Positions 1 to 12,751 of a stretch of DNA of 64,000 nt are shown here, one piece after another. The stretch's first letter is position 1; the number at the start of each line of letters is the position of its first letter. The DNA is from Octopus sinensis (lineage: Eukaryota). The position numbers and the translations under genes were made by a program. Under the pieces are notes generated by a model, which was given only the letters and a program-made list of their open reading frames with translations, searched no databases and was not told the origin of the DNA. The stretch is from assembly GCF_006345805.1 (NCBI RefSeq), contig NW_021836149.1, positions 62,001-126,000 on the forward strand, given 5' to 3'.

Positions 1-458
1 TATATATATATGTAATACATATATATGTATATATATATATGTATATATATATGTAATACATACATATATATGTATATATATATATGTAATACATATATAT
101 ATATGTATATATATATATATGTATGTATGTGTGAGCGTGTGTGTGTGTGTGTAAGTACTTACTTGTAAGTGAATGCTGATATCTCACATCTTCACCTCGG
201 AAAGGTGCAGTCTTTCTGTCCTTCGTAATCCACAATGACAATTACTGCCTCTATCCTGGAACCTAGTATAACTGTTTTTTCCTCATATCTCTCTCTTGGC
301 TACCATTTCCGGTGATCAACCTCATCTCTTTCTCTTTTCATTTTCTTCTTCCTGTTGCTGACTTACATAAACCCCTCTGTACATGCATGGTCCTTCAAAT
401 TGCACTACTTCCTACCTGCCACATGCAACAAATTAGCCAGCTAAACATTGATTCTACA

Positions 459-586
459 GTGAAGGTAAAGAATACACAAACCACCTATTTTCAGCGTTTA
501 GGGTTAGGGTTATAGTTCAGGTTATGGTTAAGCTTAGGGTTAGGGTTACACTGAAAATGGGTGGTGTATGTATTCTTTACCTCCAC
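459..586. mobile_element. MITE-like fold-back element with degenerate TTAGGG core
   Basis: ~39-bp imperfect inverted arms (gtgaaggtaaagaatacacaaaccacctattttcagcgt / acactgaaaatgggtggtgtatgtattctttacctccac) enclosing ~8 perfect or degenerate TTAGGG units. Confidence 0.65.
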
Positions 587-1410
587 CAATTAATTCTTCA
601 TCCCCTTAATCATACATCATTCATTTATTTGCATTTCTACCTTATAAAATACTAACCCACATATAATTCAATTTAATTTAAGCTAACTTATCATAATTTT
701 GACATTCATTAGTTATGCACCCCTGCCTTTGATCCCTTGCTTAATTTCTTGCATCATCCTATTCTTATTATTATTCTGTGTACTATAATGTTTACCTCTA
801 ACTCATAATAATCTTAATTTACATAACCATAGGTCTTCTATTTACAATATTTCTTCCCTGATTTCTCTGTTCTTCTCTCTATTTATTTCTGTCATGGCTC
901 AGAAAATTACAGTTTTCTGTCCTTCCTTATTCGTGATGTACCCACCTATTTCCACCCCCACCACCTATACTGGAAATCTCTCCTCCATACCAGAAAGCTC
1001 CCATGGCTCCACCTCCACCTCAAGTAGCAAAAGACTCTCTTCTGTACCAGAAAACTCTCATGGTCCCCCTACCCCCAGCAGTCTCATTCACATGACTGCA
1101 TGCACCAAAACGGGACTCCATTACTTATTTAGTCAATGAAAAAAAACTACCATTAGCTATTTTAATTATTCATTTTAATTATTTATCCATTTATGTTTGT
1201 ATCAATTCTGCTTATATTAACAATGCTTGTATTACACTCACTTCAAACAGAGGCAGCACTTTTAATATGAACGAATGATGGTAGATTAATGTGAGGACAA
1301 CTGATACAACATATCTGCTGTCAAAAACTCATTGAAACCTTCTTTTCAGATGCTGAATACCATCCCCTCCTTTCCATGTTACCTCCTACATCCCTTTCCA
1401 CTTTTTCATA

Positions 1411-1570
1411 GTTGGTACTGTCAATGTAGGCACATTGAAAGGTAGGTCTGGTGAGACTGTTGAGATGCTTGAATGAAGGCATGTTGATATGAGTTGCATT
1501 CAAGAAGTAAGGTGGAGGGAGGCTTCATCCAGGTCCCACATGAGCAAGAAATAGAGTTATAGAATCTTCT
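1411..1570 (+). pseudogene. RTE-type LINE apurinic endonuclease N-terminal fragment (decayed)
   Basis: Manual translation VGTVNVGTLKGRSGETVEMLE*RHVDMSCIQEVRW matches the APE N-terminal motifs (GTxNVxTL...D.C.QE.RW); internal stop. Confidence 0.75.
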
Positions 1571-1699
1571 GTGTGGTTAAGAAGCTTGTTTCCCAACCAT
1601 GTGATCTTAGGTTCAGTTCCATCGTGTGGCACCTTGGACAAGTGTATTTTGCTACAGTCAATGAACAAAACTCTTCTCCCTTGAGTCTCCTTGTAATTT

Positions 1700-2008
1700 C
1701 TGTTGATTAAATAACACAATATAGGGTCCCAGGTGATACGATCAACGGAACTGCTTGCTCGTGAAATTAATGTGCAAGTGACTCCACAGACGCATGTACC
1801 ATTAATGCAGTTCTCAGGGAGATTCAGCATGACACAGTGTGTGACAAGGCTGGCCCTTTGAAATACAGGTTCAACTCATTTTTGCCAGCTGAGTGGACTG
1901 GAGCAACATGAAATAAAGTGTCTTGCTCAAGGACACAACACTGGGAATTGAACTCATGGTCTTATGATCATGAGCCAAATGCCCTAACAACTAAGTCATG
2001 TGCTTTCA
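1700..2008 (-). mobile_element. tRNA-derived SINE (family D relative)
   Basis: Shares tttttgccagctgagtggactggagcaa...tgaaat...tgctcaagga/aacacaac body and tRNA-like head with the copies at 10348-10598 and 35349-35685. Confidence 0.65.
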
Positions 2009-2075
2009 CAAATAACACAAACACACACACACATATGTGTGTGTATGTATGTATGTATGTATGTAATATATATAT

Positions 2076-2390
2076 AATTTATAAACAAGGGCAAAAGAAA
2101 AAGTATTTCTATGCCAATATGCTGAGAACAGACTTAACTCGTCAGTCACCACATCTCAATATACGTTCACTATAAATATACGTCGTGCTGAATATACGTC
2201 ATATATTTATAGTGAATGTATATTGGAAGGTGGTGATTGACGATTTAAGTCTGTTCTCAGCATATTGGCATAGAAAAAATATTTCTTTTGCCCTTGTTTA
2301 TAAATTGTTTATAATTTTAACCTTTCAAGAGGTATTTTAATATGCTGCCACATTTGATGAAATTTTTTCTGAAATAATTTTATCCTATAT
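2076..2390. mobile_element. Fold-back PLE-like terminal repeat (pLTR) remnant with 3' tail
   Basis: ~105-bp inverted arms (2076-2180 / 2202-2306) plus an ~85-bp extension on the right; arm ends and tail are homologous to the ends of the 16231-17526 element; flanked by microsatellites. Confidence 0.65.
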
Positions 2391-3159
2391 TAGTAGCAGT
2401 AGTAGTAGTAGTAGTATATATATATATATATATATCATGTAATCATATAATCAACCTGACAGTCAGCTGCTATTATACGTTATACATCACTGGTCACAAT
2501 GCGCTTTGCTTCATTTTAGCTTTTGAATGATGCCACTCTACTGGTTAGGTGAGCAGACCCACATACCCCTTGAGTGGAAGGCTAATCTGTTGCAAGGTTA
2601 CCCACTTACAACTGAGTGGATTGCAGCAACATGAAATGATGTTTTCCTTCGGAACACAACATGCCACTTGGTCATGGAGATGAAACTCATGATTGCTGGT
2701 TTGTAGGTACAACACCCTTCACGTGTGTATGTGTGTGACCCCACAATTTCTTCTAAAATATATTTAGTCATGCAGCTTCTTTACTGCAATAAACCAGTTC
2801 TGCTACTACTCTTTCTTTCATATTTTAACACTCCATCTTCTACTATAGAGCCACCTCTTTTGCGGTTTGTAGCCATTGCATGCAGCATGGTGCATTCATT
2901 ATTGCTAGTGGAAAAAATACCCACTGCACACTGCAAAGTGGGTGGCATTAAGAAGGATGTCCAACAGTATAAGCCATGCCAAATAGGACAGTGGAGGGCA
3001 ATCCTGACCAGCATAGAACATGAACATTAGATGATGATATGGGTGATATAAGATTATTGTAATTTGCTTGCAATGTTTAAATTATATAAGTGGTTTTAAA
3101 AACCATTGAGCAATGAAGGACAGAAGTTAGGCAAAATATATAGTGTATTTTTTTATTTA

Positions 3160-3451
3160 TTTATGCGCCCTTTTCAAGCCTAGCCAGGCTCATGGGTCCA
3201 GTTTCCCGGTTTCTATGGCGTATGTGTTCCCCCCCCCCATCTGGACGGGACGCCAGTCCATCACAGCATTACTCAAGAAACAGGAAGAAAGAGCAAGAGA
3301 AAGTTGGGGCGAAAGAGTACAACAGAGGTCGCCACCCCCGGCCGGAGTCTTGTAGAGCTTTAGGTGTTTTCGCTCAGTAAACACATACAACGAAACCGCG
3401 ATCCTCCGACTATGAGTCCACTGCCCTAACAACTGGGCCATTGCACCTCCA
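3160..3451 (-). mobile_element. tRNA-derived SINE (family D)
   Basis: Minus-strand head tggaggtgcaatggcccagttgttagggcagtggactc (A-box-like); related copies at 5358-5653 and 10348-10598. Confidence 0.75.
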
Positions 3452-3762
3452 TAAAAATACATAGAGTATTAGCTTACATATGTTAACTTCTCTTATATTT
3501 CAGGAAAGATACCCCTTCTCAAATACAAAAAAAGGATACTCCAAAAGTTCAGAGAAAAAGTGGAATTATTGGTAAAAAAATTTCGGTTGGTGCTATTTAT
3601 ATGTAAGATGAATATATTTATTAATGTATGTAAGCAATAATAAATTCAGCATCTTTTGTTTAGATATGATCATATAAAAACGGGAATATATTTATCAGTC
3701 TACATACTGTTGAATTTATACACATAAACATACAAACATATACATACATAAAATTATGTGTT

Positions 3763-3989
3763 TCTTTATTACCTACAAGGGGCTAAACATAGAAGGGACA
3801 AACAAGGACAGACAAACGAATTAAGTTGATTACATCGACCCCACTGCATAACTGGTACTTAATTTTATCGACCCCGAAAGGATGAAAGGCAAAGTCGACC
3901 TCGGCGGAATTTGAACTCAGAACGTAACGACAGACGAAATACGGCTACGCATTTCACCCGGCATGCTAACGGTTCTGCCAGCTCGCCGC
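3763..3989 (-). mobile_element. tRNA-derived SINE (family B)
   Basis: Head gcggcgagctggcaga..., B box gagttcaaattcc, central gcctttcatcctttcggggtcgataaa...gtaccag, tail aataaagaaa; >10 copies in window. Confidence 0.85.
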
Positions 3990-5357
3990 AATCATAAAAT
4001 TATGGATGTACATGTATATGCACATGTATTTATGTAGATGTGTGAAAATGTATATATGTGTGTAAGTATATCTGTATTTATACACACGCACACTTGTGCT
4101 TGTATGTGAAGAAATGTTTTTCTGCTTATATACACATTGACATGAAAATATTCTGTGTCTGTATACCGAAGTCTGCTCATATCTGTATTTGTTCGTGTAT
4201 GTGAAATATGGTATAGGCATGGGTATGTCTTTATGTAGAACCTACCTTGTTCAGATCACAGGTGTTAGCATGCATGCTATTCATACAATATGTAAACAAT
4301 ATATAAATGCAAGCACCAGTGTATTTGAGTTATATCTCCTTCAGAATTATTTACAAGATTCAAGTTAGATCTTCTTTTATAGAAAAAGAGAAAGTTTTCT
4401 GGTCAACACACTAGCAAGAATAATGAAGAATTACCTCTACAGAGTGTCTTTATAAGTATCTCAATAGTTTCTTATATATATGTGTGTCATGCTAAAATCG
4501 ATAAGAAAGTGCTGCAACACAGTATTGACAACTGACACAATGATATTCCATGGCTATTGATAACTGCTAGCAAATCTCCCTTGTAGTTCACACATAAGAG
4601 AAGAAGACTAGTCATTATCACAAAGAGACCAGCTTTTATATTGAACTAAGAATATCATGACTTTGTTCCCCCGCTTCAAACTTCACCCGCACGCACCTCC
4701 ATATTTCACACTGTTTGAAAGAATTAAGCTTTGACTGTTATATATTCAATTGAATTAAGGGTGGGGTTCATTTACCTTTTAATGTTTTATCCATTGAACA
4801 AAGAAAACTTTTACAGTGAAGCACTAGCAGACATGATGTGGTGAGACCAATAACTTTAATTAATAGATAGTGCTTGTACCCTAGGACTAAAGAAAGGCAA
4901 GCCTTGTTGAACAATGTTTAACAAAGTCAAACAAAAGTAAGAGAGACAACTTGAAATCAAAAGTTGTTTTTTTTAAATTAGTTGAAGCATATTTTTCCAT
5001 TTCTTGTTCAATAAAAGCAGTGTTGTAAGGACTTTTTAATGAAGTTATTTACTGGTTTGAATACTGGTAATTAATGTTCATGGTTGTTACCAGTACTCTT
5101 CAAATACTTATTTTTTTTTTTATACAACACATTTAAAGAACAATAAGCATCATTGGTTTCCAATTTCCAGTATGCTAAATGCAGGTCCATCACATTTCCA
5201 CAAGCAAAAGTGACAATGGATTGTCTGTGCAACTTGGACAGAACAAATACTAGATTCAATTTTCCTTTGACTGCATTAGTTTATTGGGTTTTTTTTCAAT
5301 ATACCCCCATCAGATATACACCTACATACATGCGCAAATTGTTTTGTTTTGTTTGTT

Positions 5358-5653
5358 ACATCTTGAGCCATGCCTGGCTCATAGGGCCGGTTTCCTTAGT
5401 GTATAAGTTCCCCACCTGGACGAGATGCTGGTTCGTCGCAGGTGAGTTGCAACATGCAGGAGGAAAGAGTGAGAGAAAGTAGTGGCAAAAGAGTCAGCAG
5501 CAGTTCGCCACTACCTTCTGCTGGAGCTGCATGGAGCTGCATGGAGCTTAGGCGTTTTGCTCATAAACACACAAATCGCCCGGTCTGAGATTCGAACCCA
5601 TGATCCCTAACCTGAAAGTCCACTGCTCTAATCACTAGGCCATGTGCCTCCAC
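5358..5653 (-). mobile_element. tRNA-derived SINE (family D variant)
   Basis: Minus-strand head gtggaggcacatggcctagtgattagagcag, B box gggttcgaatctc; body similar to 3160-3451. Confidence 0.7.
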
Positions 5654-6227
5654 TTACACAAATACACAGACATATATGTGCATATGAACATGCACATACT
5701 CATAGGAATTTATTATGAGGTCCTGTACAGCTTTAATCTATCAAATTCCACCCACAAGGCCTCAGCTAATCCAAGACTATGATAGAAAATGCTGATCCAG
5801 GGTGCTGCACAGTAAAACCAAACCCAGAAGCACATAATTAACAAAGAGAACTTCAAAATTATCACTTCTACTGCTACAATTATCCATATGGTTTTGAGCT
5901 TACTGTGAACCACTTCTGTCTGATCCTTTATTTTTCTCTCACTCCTCTTTCTTCTACACTTACTGTGCCACACTTTTCAATCAGACCTGCCTACTTCTGG
6001 AAGTATACCTCCATTTTCTTTTCCTTCTCCATCAGATCCTTTATTGGATTCTCATTTGAATATTAATTATAGCAAACTGTTCTCTTCTTGATTATAAGAG
6101 CTTGAGAAAGCTGCGGGGCTTCATTTCACCTCTGATTATAAGAAATATTGGACTAATTTATAAGAAAAGGATAAAACTGCATCACATGAAAGTTAAATTT
6201 TTTGACGCTTTGAAAATTTTTTAAGAA

Positions 6228-6628
6228 AGGAATGGCTGTGTGGTAAGTAGCCTGCTTATGAACTACATGGTTTCGGGTTCAGTCCCACTGCATGACACCT
6301 TGGACAAGTGTCTTCTACTATAGCCTCAGGTTGATCAAAGCCTTGTGAGTGGATTTGGTAGACAGTCTCTGAAAGAAGCCCGTCGTATATATGTATATAT
6401 ATGTATGTGTGCATGTATATGTTTGTGTGTCTGTGTTTGTCCCCTCAACATCACTTGACAACCGATGCTGGTATGTTTATGTCCCCGTAACTTAGCGGTT
6501 TGGCAAGAGACCGATAGAATAAGTACTAGGCTTACAAAGAATAAGTCCTGGGGTCAATTTGCTCGACTAAATGCAGTGCCCCAGCATGGCCACAGTCAAG
6601 CAACTGAAACAAGTAAAAGAGTAAAAGA
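6228..6628 (+). mobile_element. tRNA-derived CORE-type SINE (family A), full length
   Basis: A box tggctgtgtgg, B box gggttcagtccc, CORE-like accttggacaagt, internal TA/TG microsatellite, (agtaaaag)n tail; >12 copies in window. Confidence 0.85.
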
Positions 6629-7191
6629 AGCCTTTTTCACTCTTTGGTGGAAATGATCCATTTTGGGACCTCCAGCACTGGTGGGAGTGGAGAAGACATT
6701 TATTCTCGAACCAGAGATCTGGCTCAAATGCTTGCAATAGAGCAGTCACCATTAAAAATGTCCCAAGTGCTGGGGATGGAGATGTGCTAATCAGGGTAAC
6801 ATACATTTAAGTCTACCACTCATGTAGCCCATGATAGGATTTGAAATCTGAAAGCTCAGAATCAGAAGAAACTGCAAGGTATTCAATTTGATATTCATCT
6901 AGTTCCTTCAATTCACTGGATTGGTACTTTTTTATTGACTCTAGAAAAAAGGAAAGGCAAAGCTGAGCTTAACAGTATTTGAACTCAGAGTGCAGATTTC
7001 CAGTAAACTAGTGAATGTTGCCATTAGCATCAGTAAATCAAAAAATGAGGGTTCAAGAAATATTGAATAATCCACTGATGCAAGGAATTGAATTCACTTA
7101 CTCTCCACTCCCTAAATAAATTCTTTGTCTTCTACATCATCTCTGCACCTACTTGTTATTTTCATCTTAGGAAACTAGTTTGGAGTTCTAC

Positions 7192-7402
7192 CAACAACCG
7201 CTGGCTTGCCGTGTCCCGAAAACATGAACCGAGAGTGATAAAAATCAATCATCCAGTCAACATCATGGTATTAAGAGTGATCGCTAGTTATACCTCCATT
7301 CATCTTCCCACACAGGCTCAGACTCAATACGGAGGCCTAAACAAACTGCCTGGAAGAGGCAGTGCTGCCCTAGGTCAAGAGGGTTGCTGCTGAAAGACGC
7401 TA
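7192..7402 (+). pseudogene. Tc1/mariner-superfamily (maT/DD37D-like) transposase fragment
   Basis: Translation across a frameshift NNRWLAVSRKHEPRVIKINHPVNIMVLRVIAS...PPFIFPHRLRLNTEA*...LEEAVLP*VKRVAA resembles the region between the first two catalytic Asp of maT-type transposases. Confidence 0.6.
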
Positions 7403-7674
7403 ACTACATCTGACAATACATGTATTTTACTCCCTTATTCTTCAGAAACAATTTAACAGCTGATTAAAACCATCTCCTTAAGCATGTCCCTACATGTCCC
7501 ATATGTTCATAGTATAAGTGTCTCAAGTTGTTTATTCGTGGCTGCACTGAAGCAGTTCAGACAAAAAACATAGTCATAAGGGCTTGGAGAAAAATATCAC
7601 CTATCCCAATAAACCATCCTTACACAGCAAAGCAACTTCTGGAAGACCATCATTCAATCTGTAAAGGATCACAT

Positions 7675-7905
7675 AGGCGGCAAGCTGGCAGACACGTTAG
7701 CGCACCGGGCGAAATGCTTAGCGGTATTTCGTCTGTCATTACGTTCTGAGTTCAAATTCTGCCAAGGTTGACTGTTCCTGTCATCCTTTCGAGGTCGATA
7801 AATAAAGTACCAGTTTCGGACTGGGGGCAATGTAATTGACTTAATCCCTTTGTCTGTCCTTGTTTGTCCCCTCTATATTTAGCCCCTTGTGGGCAATAAA
7901 GAAAT
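7675..7905 (+). mobile_element. SINE family B, full length
   Basis: Same head, B box, central domain and aataaagaaata tail as other family B copies. Confidence 0.85.
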
Positions 7906-8235
7906 ATATAAAGGATCACATTAACAGCAAGCTTTTCCATCTTCCAAACTGCAATCGATCCTTTTGGTCACTTACAGAAATGAACTCTATTATTGCAGAA
8001 TCCTCCATTCTTTCACTTCTCAACAGCCACGCTTCTGTAAGCAGTATTTCCACAGTGAAAACTTCCACATTTGCTACCTTATTTAAATCTATTCTACACT
8101 TCACACAAAAATAGCTTCTAAAACTATTCACCCAACTAATGCAATACCCACCACACACACACACTCATGTGCATGCACGCAATCACTCACTCACACACAC
8201 ACACACACACACTCTCATGTGCATGCACGCAATCA

Positions 8236-8269
<34 letters not shown>

Positions 8270-8509
8270 AAACCACACCGCACCACACCGCACCGCAGCG
8301 CACCGCACCGCACCAACGGAAAGTACAACTATTCACTTTAAATAAGCAGAACCATTGGTCATGGTATCATCTTTCCCATTACCTACAAAAATAGCACCCT
8401 AGACCTAGCCTCCTTATTCACCAAACTCTTAAGACTCTTTATAGTGATATGTCTTTGAAAATAACCTGCACTGTGTCCCATTCCTAAGAAGGATAATTCT
8501 GCTGATCTT

Positions 8510-8512
8510 GTG

Positions 8513-8543
<31 letters not shown>

Positions 8544-8760
8544 ATATGTTTGCGTGTCTGTGTTTTCCCCCCCCCCCCAACATCGCTTGACAACCGATGC
8601 TGGTGTGTTTACATCCCTTTAACTTAGCAGTTTGGCAAAAGGGACTGATAGAATAAGTACTAGGCTTACAAAGAATAAGTCCTGGGGTCGATTTGCTCGA
8701 CTGAAGGTGGTGCTTCAGCATGGCCGCAGTCAGATGACTGAAACAAGTAAAAGAGAGTAA
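8510..8760 (+). mobile_element. SINE family A, 5'-truncated
   Basis: Matches the 3' half of 6228-6628. Confidence 0.8.
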
Positions 8761-9313
8761 CTGCCGTATTACTGGGTTCACTTCAGAGTGACAATCATTA
8801 ACAACAAATTTCTCTAACACCTTGAAACTTACCCTTTCCTTAAGAAGACTTATTACAGCTTTTGAAAATCCAAATCTGCTGGGAACCTACTCTCCTTGGT
8901 AGTTTTTTTGCCCTTGAGATTTTGATGAAAACTGATTTTTTTTTTTTTTTTTCTTGGCATCAGCAAATTTTTTATTGTATTCAGCTTATTAATTTTCAGG
9001 TAATACCTTGTAGTAATAGGATCCTTGATTCTCTTGGATTGATAGCTCCCTCTCAAAACACCCCATCATGGCATGTGCTGGTGTTTCTCTGACTAACCCA
9101 CAGTCTATCAACCCTGGTGTGTCTCAGTGTCTGGTTTTATTCTCACACTCTTACTTGTATAAATCAACATTCTGCTTGCTGTCACATCCAACATTCTCAC
9201 TTCTATGCAGATGATACCAGTTTTCATTCCTCTTTAACTCTCTGCATCCAAGCATCATCTACCTAAAGACTTATCTTGTTATCTGTGCTTACCTCTACAA
9301 ACAGAGAACTTAA

Positions 9314-9533
9314 CCCTTTTGTTACCAACCTGGCTGAAACCGGCTCTTGCTCTGAGTAAAAATGTCTTGTTTACATAAATTTTGAATAAAAATCTTCCAC
9401 CAAACCTTGGTCACAATTTATGTTCCTAACACTAGCTGAATGATAACTAAGTTATTTTACTAAATTCTTTGTTATATTTAAAGTAATTGAAAGAAGCACA
9501 GAGTATCTCAAAATAAATACAGTAATGGAAGGG
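9314..9533. mobile_element. piggyBac-type MITE
   Basis: TTAA on both sides (9310-9313, 9534-9537), CCCTT...AAGGG termini; second copy in opposite orientation at 23968-24589. Confidence 0.85.
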
Positions 9534-10347
9534 TTAAATACCTCCTCCAATCATAACATTTAACATGATAACAACATCCCATCTGACAAAACACAGCCAA
9601 TCCTTTCCAAAATTCAGATGGAACCCATAATGAAATATTACTCCCTTTCTGGTATCACACTGTACTATGGACATAAACTTCCTACACAGAATCCACTGAA
9701 AGGTCATTCAATAGACCCACAGACATGTTGTCCCTTCTATTAGACTTTCAGCAACTTCTACAGGAGCCTCTACCCCTCGAAGCTAACTGGTATCACTTCC
9801 CCTCAGGCATTCCTAACTCATCTTTATTTGTCTTGTAAACCCCATTGTGTATTACTGTCATCATTCTTTGCACTAAACATTCCTTTCTCCCGACTATATT
9901 GATATTGGAATTCCCTTTATTCACATGTTTTGCCATAGGACCATTGTCTTGCAAATGTTCAAGAATATTAAAAACATCAACTAAATGGTTGCCAAAAGTT
10001 TGCAATGTCCAAATACACAGCACTTTCTTCCAGACTAAACCACTGATGGAAAACTTTCTGTCAAAGACAGAAAAGTCCTGAGACATTAAAGTGTTATTCC
10101 TCATGACAATTACTTTATTCAACATTCTATAAACTCACCTTAAGAATTCTGTAACTGTCACATATTTCTAGATAACTTTCTTTTCCAAGATTTTTTCTTG
10201 TAAAAAAAAACAAAAAAACAGGAACTTAGGTCTTGTCATCCATTTTTTGTTTGTTTTACTTGGGGAATCTAAAGGAAAGGGTAGTGTCCATGACATTTGG
10301 AGGTCCTTCATAATCATAGAACTTAATGCCATAAAAAATAAAATAAA

Positions 10348-10598
10348 TAAATGCGCCTTTTTAAAGCCTAGCCAAGCTCATGGGCCCGGTTTCCCAGTTT
10401 CCATGGTGTATATGTTCCCAAGCTGGATGGGGCGCCAATCCATCGCACCATTATTCATTTTTGCCAGCTGAGTGGACTGGAGCAATGTGAAATGAAGTGT
10501 TTTGCTCAAGAACACAACGAGTCACCCGGTCCAGGAATTGAAACCACAATCTTACAATCATGATGCTGACACCCTAACCATTAAGCCACACACCTCCA
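10348..10598 (-). mobile_element. tRNA-derived SINE (family D variant)
   Basis: Head gtggaggtgtgtggcttaatggttaggg; 3' end shared with 3160-3451, body shared with 1700-2008. Confidence 0.7.
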
Positions 10599-11510
10599 CT
10601 AATGCCATAAAGGTTCCAGTTAAACTGTTACAGTTAACACCTACAGAAAAAACTTGAAGTGGGAGAAAACTCCAGAGGGATGATATTCTGAAGAGGAAGG
10701 ACTGGGAATGGTGGTTAGTATGTGGCCTAGAGAGCTGGACACAACAAAAGCGATGAAATGCAGAGGGATGGGCAGAACAGAAATGCTTGATTAGTGTAGG
10801 TATGAGGCCAGCCACCTCCAAGGAATAGAAACCGTTATAGTTTAGACATAATTTGAAACTCAGAACAACTAAATACCAGTATTTGTTTTCTTGCCTGATA
10901 TAGGCATTGTTTCTTATGATTGATGACTAAGTATCAGTCAAGACAATATCTATATATTTTCTCCGAAGCTGCTCAGGCTTTCCTACATTACCAGTTTAAT
11001 TATTCAGGATGATGTTGTTGTTATTGTTGGTTAGTAATCTTAGAGAATTCTGATTAAGAAAGATCAAAGGTAAAGAAATATTTAAAAATAAATAAATAAA
11101 TGAAATAAAATTTGGCTGGTGATCTGCAAAATCAAGATGACAGATAAGTTTTAAAATGTAGGGATAAAGATATGAATGACAGAATAATTCACTTTAGACA
11201 ATCCTGCGCAGACAAACATCAATTTTCCATATTGACTTCCCTTGCTAGAATCTTTTATTTTCAATCTTAAATTGACTTCTCAAAATAAGCCATATATAAT
11301 TCAATATCTCTTACTCTTCTTGTCTGCAATACTTTGGTGTCTGGCAAACATTTATGTTACCATGACGGATTGTTGGATCACACATACTGACAGTAGTAAC
11401 AACACTGTTAATCTATTAAATGATCGCTATTTTATACCCTTGCCAAACTTGTATATGTATCAATGCGGGGACAGAATTAGAAGCTCTGACAGATGGACTA
11501 ACAAATCTAT

Positions 11511-11575
<65 letters not shown>

Positions 11576-11943
11576 ATATTTGTGCATACACATGCCTGAA
11601 TGTGAATAAACAGACATCAACAAAGAGAAAAAAGGCAGACAGACAGACAGTGACAGATTATGATAGCTTTGCTAATACACATATCCTGTGCAAATACATT
11701 TATTTACACATATATATATTTGTATTTATATGTGTATATATGTTTATATTTATTTATGTGTATATATTACAGCCTTTTATATGCATATATATACATACAT
11801 ATGTATATAGATACATGTGTATAAATATATATATAGACACACACACACATACATGCAAACATACATACCTATATACATATATATGTGCGTGTGTATATAC
11901 ATATTGCATCATCTTCATCATTTTACATTCATTTACTATTTAG

Positions 11944-12076
11944 GCATGTGCTGGATGATGACACAACAGAATCCGACATTTCAGAGGACATGCTGGACAA
12001 GTATCTCAATTTTGGCCCAGTTTCTATGACCCTTCCTTGGACCACCCACTTTACAGAGTGTATTGGATACATTTAA
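11944..12076 (+). other. Candidate host-gene terminal exon (HVLDDDTTESDISEDMLDKYLNFGPVSMTLPWTTHFTECIGYI*)
   Basis: Acceptor atttactatttag|G, 43 open codons of non-repetitive sequence, stop overlapping AATAAA; no homology recognised. Confidence 0.3.
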
Positions 12077-12369
12077 TAAAGTCACCTGTACTTTAGAGGT
12101 TGTTTTGCTTCTAACAAGACTAACATGTCCTCTCTAGCTAATATCATCTCTTCTTAATTTGCCAATCCCTCCACACGACAAAAGCACATCACTGAGTGTT
12201 TTCACATGGTTCCATACACAGATTTCATGGAAGAAGGTTTATGTTCCTATAACCTGTGTTAATTCTGTAACCCTTTAAAATGGAAGATAAGAAAGTTCAT
12301 TTTTGGCACTTGATGCTTTTCTTTTTCCGTAAAGTGAAAAATGCCTCACAAGCAACCAAAGAAATATGC

Positions 12370-12750
12370 GAGTGCCGGTGGCACATAAGAGAACTATCCA
12401 AACGTGGCCATTGCCAGTGCTGCCCCAACTGGCTTCCATGCCGGTAGCAGGTAAAAAGCACCATCCGATCGTGGTCATTGCCAGCCTCGCCTGGCCTCCG
12501 TGCCAGTGGCACGTAAAAAGCACCATCCGATCGTGGCCGTCTGCCAGCCTCGTCTGGCACCTGTGCCGGTGGCACGTAAAAAGCACCCACTACACTCATG
12601 GAGTGGTTGGCGTTAGGAAGGGCATCCAGCTGTAGAAACATTGCCAGATCAGACTGGGCCTGGTGCAGCCTTCTGGCTTCTCAGACCCCAGTTGCACCGT
12701 CCAACCCATGCCAGCATGGAAAGCGGACGCTAAATGATGATGATGATGAT
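12370..12750 (+). mobile_element. RTE LINE 3' UTR fragment with ~60-bp hairpin tandem array and (GAT)n tail
   Basis: 4 copies of gtgccggtggcacgtaaaaagcacc-like unit, then ggcgttaggaagggcatccag...cggacgctaaa(tga)n; the same UTR follows an RTE ORF end at 52905-53555. Confidence 0.8.
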
Positions 12751-12751
12751 A

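Larger units (their letters stand above)
7920..9990 (+). pseudogene. Decayed CR1/Jockey-group LINE ORF2 (RT) remnant, interrupted by a microsatellite, a SINE and a MITE
   Basis: Fragmentary motifs in order: RSFWSL (~7955), VPIPKK-like (~8475), INPGVSQ..L (~9107), FYADDT (9201-9218), and a decayed C-terminal segment at ~9880-9985. Confidence 0.6.

Noticed and set aside
894-1139. 81-aa Ser/Pro/Thr-rich ORF with an internal repeat
   Set aside because: Explained by a two-unit ~60-bp tandem repeat; no splice or homology support
2100-2152. CUGACGA on the minus strand of the fold-back arm as a hammerhead
   Set aside because: No pairing helix II before the next GAAA and no matching helix I
12370-12590. 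CRISPR-like repeat-spacer array (gtgccggtggcacgtaaaaagcacc repeats)
   Set aside because: Spacers are homologous to each other, the array recurs as part of an RTE 3' UTR in many copies, no cas genes are present, and the context is eukaryotic
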